NCBI RefSeq assembly: GCF_964204645.1
Contig: NC_134032.1
Location: forward strand, 4,426,175-4,490,174
Direction of reading: 5' to 3'
DNA from: Tubulanus polymorphus
Lineage: Eukaryota > Animalia > Nemertea
Length of the DNA stretch: 64,000 nucleotides
Positions within the stretch are counted from its first letter, which is position 1; the number at the start of each line of letters is the position of its first letter. Below the pieces are notes generated by a model that was given only the letters and a program-made list of their open reading frames with translations, did not search any database and was not told the origin of the DNA. Positions 54,484 through 64,000 of the stretch are shown piece after piece. A program made the translations under genes and the position numbers.

Positions 54484-54699
54484 ACGGCTCGACAGTGCCT
54501 TTATGACGTGGATTTATCAAAATTCCCATGCAGTATCTGGAGATTGAAGTGAGCTGAAGGATATCATACGGATTGTATCGGCGACAGCGGTAAGGTAAGG
54601 AAGCCTTTACACTTTTAACGAAAACTGTGTGGAAAAGGGGAAAAAATAATAATCACGCGAATTTCAATAGGGTTTTCTGTGAAGAAACAGAAACTCTAC

Positions 54700-55237
54700 T
54701 TAACGAGTTGTTAGAATTAAAATCAAATTCAAACATAAAAAGTTAAAGATTAATCATAGTAATGTTATCAATTTTATAATGCCTCTCATACACTAAATTT
54801 GTTAATAGAATTAAGGTTCAATTAATATAATTTTTAATGTTAAACTGTGAAAATAATTTATTGGTTTCTTTTATTTCGATTTTGAATTTAGGTTCTTCTT
54901 CTGTCTTCATTTTTATAACAAAACTTTCATTAAAACTCAGTCAAATATAAATTTTCAATGTTAAAATATGAATTATTTCAATCACACTTTACTCACACTT
55001 TTTATGTTTGACATTGATTTTAATTCTAACAACTCGTTAATTACTCGTTACTTTGTCTCAAACTTTTTATGTTTGCACTTTACTCACACTTTTTATGTTA
55101 AAAATTGATTTTTATTATTCGAAATCAATATTTGATCTTATTTATCTAGATTATTATGCTAACACTTTTAAAATATGAAATTTTAAGAGTAAATAGGAAT
55201 AAGTTGTTTCAAGTCAAAGGTTGAAAGGGCGAGTGAG
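54700..55237 (-). mobile_element. Polinton left-end relic (half hairpin and AAAGTGTGAG repeats)
   Basis: Inverted homologue of about 3420-4400; AGTAAATAGGAATAAGTTG..GAGTGAG at 55188-55237. Confidence 0.65.
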
Positions 55238-56466
55238 TAAAAAATAAAAATAAATTCGAGCGTGCGTTTTTAGTATAATCAAACACGACTTCATTAGACT
55301 GAGATCCATTTGTCATTGCTGTGAAAACAGTTTTTTTGTGAAGGATCATCAGGTCTAGGAGGAGGAGGTTTATCATTATCTCGTCTACTTAAACCGTCGC
55401 AATTGCCATTTTTCTTACCCGGTCGGTGTTCAACAGAAAAACTATACACTCGAAGAGCCAATTCCCAACGTCCTATACGTTTATTTAGTCGGTTTTCATA
55501 ATATTGTTCCGCGGTCCCTTTCTCTATTGTCTTTTTCCTCTATTACAAACTCCGGTCCCTGGCGAGAAAGTCGACCACGAACACAGAAACCCGAAAACCA
55601 AGGAATAAAAGGAACTCCGGATTTAAATATGATAATACTCAACTTTAATTCTACAATTTTAACTGAACTATAGTCTCAACAATTTATAAAATTCCCTACC
55701 TTTTAATTTAGAATTTTGTTACAAATCCCGCACACAAGAAGATGCAATTCAACCGGATAGCCGAAAGTTATCTGTTCTATAGTCTTCTAATGCTTCCCCT
55801 GAAAATGCTTTCCAAAAGAGTCCGCTCTCCCTCGAGGTGCGGCCCCTTTTATACGGCTGCGTCCACACCCAAGAAAAATCCAGAACCCTGCTTGCGGCCA
55901 GCCGTAAAAGGGAACGAGCAACCAACGCAGCACCACGACGCAGAGCTGGGGTCCTGATTCCTAGACCTTTCATTCGCTGCTAACTTTAACCCGACCCTCG
56001 ACGTCATGATACCTGCCGGTCTGCTCTCCTTCTCAACCGCACCGAAGAGATTACATATATACTATTTTTCCAACCCTCGAACTCATTTATTTTAACTTAT
56101 CCAATGATTACAATTCCCACAATGAATGGTATTTAATTTTGTCTAAATAGTAATATACAATGTAAGCCGAAATATCATCTTTCTTATTTATATTCTTTAT
56201 CATTATTAGTACATTCAAATTTAAACACACAAACTCTTAAAACTCTTTAATATTACTTTTTAATATTACTCTTTAATATTACTCCTTATTATCGAATTAT
56301 CAGACTAAGGGTCAGCGAGTGTTTCATAAGTTGATTTCATAATTGCTCATTTCCACGAATTCTTCTCATGACTACAGCGCCGTGATTACCTTCAAAGTGA
56401 TTTAGAATGCTCGTCTGATACAAGTATAAATGTTTCAGACAAACAACCATTAAGGCGGATAATGTA

Positions 56467-58930
56467 TTATCGTACATAAGGAACAATGCGTGTGTTCTCC
56501 CAGGACCATGCCAAGAAACCTACGTATATAAATCGTTTGATCTTTTTGAAAGTACAATTCAGCTGCGGATCAATATACATTAAACTTTTGTTATCAGTAT
56601 ACACAGTGAATTCATTTCCAATCAGGTAGGGATGAAAATTCTGAATTCCTTCAATCAAAGCCAGTCCTTCCTTATCACTAATATGCCATTTCTTTTCGTT
56701 TACACGTAACGCGCGACCACCATATCCGATAACATGTTCTAAATTATCCTTTTTCTGAGACAAAACGTAACCGATAGCATAATCAGAAGAGTCAACTGAG
56801 AGATAGAAACGAGAATTGAAATCAGGGAATATCAAAATTGGATCGGATCACCAGTTAATTTCTGTTTAAGCGTATCAAAAGGTTTCTGACAATCAGGGGT
56901 CCATTTGAACTTCACATCTTTACAGTTCAAAGCATTCAAGGGAGAAACTATTGATGCATAATTGTGAATGAACTTCCTGTAAAAATTTGTCAACCCTAGA
57001 AAACTTCGTAATTGTTTGACATTGGACGGAACCGGAAAGCTGTTAACCTTTTCGATTTTCTTTTTACAAGTACGAAGACCCTCAGCCGAAAACGTATAAC
57101 CCATGTATTCGATGTCTGGGACTGCAAATTCACACTTAGTCGGTTTCGCAGTTAGACCGGCTTGTTTAAAAGCTTCTAAAAACATTCGATAAATGAACTA
57201 GGTGACTGTCGAAATCTTGAGAGAATATGATTAGATCATCAATGAAACACAAAACATATTGCCAATTCAAATTACCTAAACATTTTGACATAAGCATCTG
57301 AAAAGCCATAGGACCATTCTTAATTCCCATCGGCATTCTTTTGAAGCACATTTTGCCTTGCGTCGTTTGAAAAAAAAATGACGCGATTCTTCAGGTATCG
57401 GTATCTGGTGAAATCCTGAATGAAGATCTAATTTACTAAATATCATGGGTTTAGCATCGGATATAGTGTCAAATACATCATCAAAATGAGGTAGTGGAAA
57501 TGATTGCGTTACGGTCTTCGAATTCAGTTTTCTAAAATCAATAGTAAACCTATACGTGTTGTCTGGTTTTCTGACCAAAACCACAGGATTATTGAAAACA
57601 GAATCAGTTGGTTCAATAAGATCGACATCTAACAGTTCGTTAACCAAGTCGTTTTCTACCTCAAGTGTCGACTTTTGCGATAAGGTCTTTGAATTATAGG
57701 GTCGTCATCAGTTGTTTCTATCTTATGCGTAACTAATGAAGTTTCGCCGATTTCTTGTAAGTTACTAGCCAATATTGACCTATTATATCTAATTAAATAC
57801 ATTAATCTCTCCTTTTGTTCAAGAGACAATCCTGAGTTTGCTGGAATTTTTATGCCTAAATTCTCCGCTATTTTAATTTTTTCATCATTATCACGTGGTG
57901 TTTGAGTATCCACGGAGAAAATGTTTGCACTAGTACTGTCATCATTGAAATCAAAACAATCGTCGTCAGTTACATTATATGCAAATCCAAGCACATAATA
58001 TTTTGAAATTTGAATCGGTTCATTAGTAGGATTCACAATAGTAGCGAAAATTTTACCGTCCGCGATTTTGCATAATGTTTTACCTCCACCTAAACATTTA
58101 TTCAATAACTTGTGGTTGTATGGTTAAAAAAAAACCAATGAACCTTCCGCCAACGTATCGACACTTATTTGAACTATTTGTTTAATATTTGGTGAGATAA
58201 CTATCTTGTTAACCGTTTTAGCTTTATTTCTGTACAGCTTTTGTTGATTCCTAAGAATCTTTAACGGAATCGACACATCTTTAAATTCAATTGTGCCAGA
58301 TGCAAGGTCAATATTTACATTGTTTTCCTCCAAAAAATCCAGCCCTAGAATAACATCTGTGTGTAGCCTATCGAATACATAAAACTTGTGCATTAATATA
58401 TGAGATTGACTGCAAATGGGTACCTCAATTCTACCAATCACTGAATGTGCTTCCCCGCAAACTCCTCTAATAATGTTTATATCCGAATGACTATATATGG
58501 GATTTTTGATACATCTTTCGACCGTTGACCTAGCAATACATGAAATTGCATCCTCTCCCGGCAGGGATTCGAACCTGATGGCATCGAGATTGTCACGGCA
58601 CGAAACCCTGCCATAATCGACCGTGTGTGCAGATACATGCGCAGTTCAGATGATGTGATTTTTAGCCAATCAGAAATCCCGTTTTATTTTAGCCCGGGTT
58701 TTCCCATTTATAGTTCTTCCTTGAAATTTGCCTCAACGATTATACAACGGGCAATCTGATTGGTGCCGCCAGTTTTCGTTCGGAAAGCTGCGCATGTAGC
58801 TGCGCACCCGGTCTACTGATGCAGGGGTTCGTGCCGTGAGTGAAGTGATGCCATCAGGTTCGAGTCCCTGCAGAGGGAGGATGATGAAATTGATGCACCT
58901 GTATCGACTAATGCTCGTTGGGAGTGTTTA
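56467..58930 (-). mobile_element. Ty3/Gypsy LTR retrotransposon pol relic (protease, RT, RNase H), several frameshifts
   Basis: ALVDTGASISCI (split by a MITE), YRFTIDFRKLN, LDLHSGFHQIP, MPMGIKNGP, FIDD, LRSFLGLTNFYRKFI, VDSSDYAIG and VYTDNK. Confidence 0.92.
58549..58883. mobile_element. Mutator/MULE-like MITE (335 bp) inserted in the Gypsy protease
   Basis: Long imperfect TIRs CATCCTC..GCAGGGA(T/C)TCGAACCTGATGGCATC; 9-bp TSD ATGAAATTG at 58540-58548 and 58884-58892. Confidence 0.9.
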
Positions 58931-59759
58931 AACATTTATCAATATTTATGTTTATAATATTCCGATTCAATCCTGAAACTAAGCTTATATCGACCGCTGA
59001 TATCAGGTACCCGTAATCGAGATGCTCCTTTGCGACAAACATCCTTACTACAATGTATGCGCTTCATCTTTTACTATAGTTATATATATCAACGATTAAA
59101 ACGGAAAGCTATCTATTGTGGAAATCGCAGATAAAGGTTTCGTAAAAAAATAGATCGTCCCGACAAAATTAGATACGCAACTAGACGAATTAAAGTAATT
59201 TATCTGAGTCCTCCAAGAAGTGTATACCACGTAAGTGTACAGAACGAAATGAAACTGATTAATGTATGGAATTGGATAGCTAGAAAAATACTTTGAATTG
59301 AACAATCGAAACTCGAGATATATATCAAACTGCTCAATTACACGGTAATGCTCCCAAACTACAATAGCTATAATTTCCTATACTCAATATCCGACCACTA
59401 ATTTGAGATAAAGATTTAATTATATTACCTATGGCTGACAACAAGTTACCATAATGTGTTGTATCCACCAAAACAGCAGCGATTTCGGCGATTCGCGCAG
59501 TCCTTTCACAAGTGCAGTTGAATGCGATCTTCTGTTTTGTGGTATACGTTTCAGTCACAATCCCTATTTCGGCAGCTTCATCGGTACTTGCATAAGCCAC
59601 TAGGACTTAGATTCGGGTTTTCCACCATCTGTAACCGGCTGGTTGTTGTATCGGCAGGCTGGCTGGGGGACTAGCATTTACACCAGCGGTACAGGATTCC
59701 ATCCACCAGGAACAACAAGGCAGTTAAACCTTATATGTACAATCTTTATTGCATCCCGG

Positions 59760-60345
59760 AATGAGAATGATTATCATAACGTTACAAAGTCTTTATATAC
59801 AGAATCATGAGTATAATGGAGAATTTGCAGTGTCGTGTCGTATCGTGGCAAAACACAGGTAGTTCCGTCGATTACAACCTCCATGCTTCGCTTAGAGCTT
59901 ATGGCGGCAGTATTGGGACTGAATTTGTCTCTTCTTGTTGTTAAAATGTTCGAACTCTCGATTAATGACTCCGATGCAGACCTAAACAAATTGTGTTCAG
60001 CGTTCACCGGTGCTGAATCCTTATTGAATTCGCGACCATTAACCTATCCGCCGGCTAATACACGTGACGATGTCCCGCTTACGCCTAACAATTTCTTATT
60101 TGGACAGTCAGGTGTGAAGTTTGCGCCGGAATCAGAGGAATCAACGGACTTTAACCCTAGGCGTCGGTGGAGAAGGGTTCAAGAGTTAGTGAAACAATTT
60201 TGGCATCGTTGGCTAAAAGAGTGGCTACCTGGACAAAATTCTAGGAAATGTGGCTTCACCCTAAGCCTGATTTAAAGATCGGAGATATTGTTTTGGTGGT
60301 GGTACATGATACTCCAGGGCGGCGGTGGCCATTAGGAAAACTGTA
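59760..60345 (+). mobile_element. BEL/Pao relic (RNase H to integrase, internally deleted)
   Basis: LRLELMAAVLG joined to ESLLNSRPLTY..PLTPNNFL..RWRRVQELVKQFWHRWLKEWLP. Confidence 0.85.
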
Positions 60346-61254
60346 AAAAGACTTGCAACCTTTGCGGGTGAGTTTAATACGACGAGATATGTGGTATCTG
60401 TATCATTCTACGATTCTTATATTAACATTTTTCAAATCACTTTTTTTCATTGGAAGCGGCTCAGGATGTAGATACAAATTTTCACCGGAGATTAAGAAAA
60501 TTGCGTAGGGCTCAAGGATTCGAATCCCGGTAGCGACTTGGTTTCTTGGCTGTAGAGGTTGTTCTCGCGACACGTTTGCTCAAAGGTTTTGAGTTTACGG
60601 CGCGACAGTTTGACTGATTTGGAAAACTGCCCATCGAGCACGTTTAAATGCCCTATGACGCTTAAATGCCCTATGATGAGGAAGAACTGTAAGAAAACTT
60701 GTAGAAAACAGTTTGAAAATGATAATAAATTGTTATTGAACAAGATGGTGTTCGGTTTTGTGTCACATCTTGGAGAGTGTTCTTTGGAAGGAGATGATTT
60801 TATCACAAATGATCGGAGTTCGCTACCGCATTCTGGGTTGATCTGACGGATTTTTTTCGTCGGCAGCTTCTTTAAGTGTGGAACTGATTACTGAGTCCAA
60901 TAAAACTCAAACGACAATGGAAATTGGTCCGGAGACAAATTCAGCCCACGCAACCGTGGAACTAGATTCTGGTGAAGTCTAACTGACCCAACTTTGGGTG
61001 CTAGTCAACTACCAAAAAAAACCCCAATAAATTTTAGCACGTATGAGATAAGACATTTTAATGTGCACCAGACCCTCATAGATAAAGCAATCATTTACAA
61101 ACATTAAACCAAAACATATCAATTCACCTGTGTATACAGACTGAGTAATAGCCAAACAAAACCTGCGTCATAGAGGGTTTGTTATCGTTCTTATCGATTG
61201 TAGACGATCGTATTTCTATACTGTCAATCTTATAACATCGGTCAAAACAAAGAT

Positions 61255-61492
61255 CGGCCTAAGCTCATTTTGGTTCTAGAACCAATCTAACAACTTTAGA
61301 CAAGTCTAAGCTCATTTTGGTTCTATAACCAATCTAACAACTTTAGACAAGTCTAAGCTTATTTTGGTTCTATAACCAATCTAAAAACTTAAGACAAGTC
61401 TAAGCTCATTTTGGTTCTATAATCAATCGAACAACTTAAGACAAGTTTAAGCTAATTTTGGTTCTATAATCAATCTAACAACTTAAGACTAG
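61255..61492 (-). repeat. 47-bp satellite, same family as 48505-49000, inverted
   Basis: 5 copies of CTAAGCTCATTTTGGTTCTATAACCAATCTAACAACTTAAGACAAGT. Confidence 0.9.
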
Positions 61493-63339
61493 GCAAACGA
61501 GGTTTCCGCGATGATCCGCTAGGTTCGATAGTAGTTAGTCGTATTGCTCTACGTTGCAATCATGATTCATGATTAATAAAAAATGCCAGACTAATGACGT
61601 CATAGCTTGATTTAAATCTTAATAACTGCAGCTAGTCATATAAGCATATCAACTCGAGGTTGTTCTTGTGGCGCCTGAGTTATTCTCTTCATTGCTCTGA
61701 CTTGCATTCTGTCGCTAGTAAAAATAAACTCACAAAACCTTCACGTGGTGACTAAAAAGCCGTTTTTTTCCAGTTCTTTATGGATGTAATCGGTCGATAA
61801 TTGTTAAGGATTCAGAATCAGGTAAGCTTTGATAAACGCGGATGTGGATAAATGCCCATTTAACGGGACGACATAAACGTTTTACGGATCTTACACAGTC
61901 CTGAACTTTGATTTGCCTTCCACTGATTTGAAAAAATATCAAACTGTTCTCATGCTATTTCCATCTGCTGAGAATTAATATCAAGTCGGATATTGGCGAA
62001 GGCCTCGCCTCTGCAGTCGAGATTATACTCGATTCATTCCAACTCAGTTGGTTAAATCTACATTCAAAAATCTTAAAAATTCGATATCACAGTCGTCAGA
62101 GTTTTATACCAAGTTTCTATCAAGAAAAAATCAAGTCCCGTACGCGAACATCCCCATTGATGGCACAGTAAAACCAAAATAAGACATCTTGTTTCGAAAG
62201 AATAAATAAATGTTCACTTACTATTCATATTTCTCATTCTTATTTCAATGGTCAATTTTCATTTGACTTTTTCATTTGAAATTGTGTATCACTTACAAAC
62301 CCACCACACATCAGAGGCGGATCTAGAAAAGTAATTAGGCTGGGCTCAAGAAAAGCAGTTTCATAGGCTACTATCGGGGTCCCGTACTAGGTGTTGTAAT
62401 TTTTAAAGAAATATAGTTTGCAATTTTTGGGAGGATAAACGCCAAATTTATAGGTTTTAACAAGCACTGTCCTGACGAAAAGGACAACCTCAATGGGAAG
62501 ACATTGGTCCGACCCCCCGACACCACCCCTAAATCCTCCTCTGCACCTGCCGGGAACGAAACAAGGGCATTGAATTTGAACTCGAAGATCGGAGTAGAGA
62601 TGACTTAGTCGGAGGATCGGTCCAATTTATTTGGGTTCCGGGTCATTTGAATAACCTTCCAAGTAGCCTGAACCGGCAAGCGACTGATTCGGGCATTTTT
62701 AATGCAAGTATATCAATTCTTATATTCCAGAATGCTTTGTGACTTTCTTGTTCGATATCGAAAATGAAACCAATTATCTAGTTATTTAATTAAGACAATA
62801 AATTTAACAAACGAGACACCGGTGGGTACGTCTTCTGATTAAAGGGAGGCTATTTGGTTCTTTGGGGGTTCTTTAAAAACCTATGAGTTCTTCGCGGAAC
62901 CTTGGAGTTCTGCTGCAGTAGATAAACGTGATGGGAAAACGGGACCCTAAAGGCACAACACTTGTTAAAATCACACATATTCTGATGATATATTAGGGTT
63001 TAAAACAATCAAGTTGTTCGCATGACACAGGTAATGTTCATTTTGACATATATCAAACAACACCTAATATGGTAAGAAATAAGGTAATGAATCATAGAAA
63101 ACTATTGCTAAGTGGTCTATTTTATGGTGTCCTATATATCCCTGATATATATCCTGGATGAAACATATGTTTACTTGGCTAGAACTAAAATAAAACTGAT
63201 ATGTCGCATTGATAAGTTGGTACGATATATAGGGCGACCCATGAGTCACTCAACTTTAAAAATAAATCAATTTCTCCAAGCATCACAGACATAGATGTTC
63301 CTTATTCGCGTCGAATTTTGAACAAAATACGACGTTGCA

Positions 63340-64000
63340 TCATCATCATCGTCATAATTTTCTGATTAATATGAAAGTTCTAAGGTATAATCTTCAATAT
63401 TATCACCTTTAGTGTCTGTAAAATTCGAATACATTTATCTTTAAATCGTTAACTTTTTCTATTTTATGAATCATTTCTATAGTTACTGGGTATTGGTCAA
63501 TTGTTTACAATTATTCATATTTCTAATAATTCGTTACTCTATAAACAAATCCAAATATGTAGATAATACATGAATGAATACATTATTTCATCCAAGTGAA
63601 TGATAATCCAGAACCTCGGAAATATCTCTCTTCGATATGCTGTATTAATTCATTAGATACTTTATCTAATTTCTCTTTTAATTTGTGTTTTCGATAATTT
63701 CATAAAAATGTTATTGACTATTACGTTATACTTTTTCTTCAGAATTAAAACAGGTCACTTTCCCAGGATGTTTTATGGATATTCAACATCTGTTGTTATT
63801 GACTCCATAAGTTTTTCGGTTATTCCAATATATTTACTATAGTCTTCTGGTGTTATTCCTTTATAGAATCTAAGATATAATAGCTGCAGTACCAATTTTA
63901 CTATGTAATGTTTTCAGTTTATCAATTATATCTTTAATTTCTAATGAATTGATATAATTTCCATATAAAGCTTATTCGAATGAGATTTAGTTTTAGAATC
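63340..64000 (-). pseudogene. Decayed pPolB N-terminal fragment (close to the 44293-45642 paralog)
   Basis: TLHSKIGTAAIILRFYKG..TDVEYP and EERYFRGSGL; colinear with about 45000-45640. Confidence 0.8.

Noticed and set aside
60505-60545. tRNA-like GGATTCGAATCCC motif
   Set aside because: No cloverleaf or A box could be supported.

Overview
Eukaryotic, repeat-dense window, probably from an invertebrate; the host cannot be identified from sequence alone. It is dominated by a very AT-rich cluster of endogenous Polinton/Maverick-type (polintovirus-like) elements at about 3.4-45.6 kb, with further fragments at about 55 kb and 63.3-64 kb. Two related elements lie head-to-head. Element A (about 7.5-24.9 kb) has a minus-strand morphogenesis block (penton, membrane proteins, major capsid, integrase, packaging ATPase) plus a divergent Zn-finger/VLTF3-like gene. 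Element B (24,896 to about 41.2 kb) has an intact 1341-aa protein-primed polymerase, a second morphogenesis block and an inverted integrase/ATPase block. A complete RAG1-core-like Chapaev-type DNA transposon (9,003-14,513, 4-bp TSD) is nested in A. The remainder holds L2, Penelope, BEL/Pao and Gypsy relics, MITEs, satellites and two probable host exons. The strongest observations are: (1) almost every viral gene starts in a poxvirus-late-promoter-like T-run / ~6 bp / TAAATG motif, next to a VLTF3-like factor and with no RNA polymerase, suggesting a satellite of a cytoplasmic pox-like helper; (2) a family of terminal fold-back hairpins whose mismatches are G-T wobbles on one strand and whose truncated copies stop at the apex; (3) a 25-bp GC-rich palindromic micro-element with filled and empty sites that inserts in-frame into viral genes. 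All protein family calls come from motif recognition by eye, not database searches.
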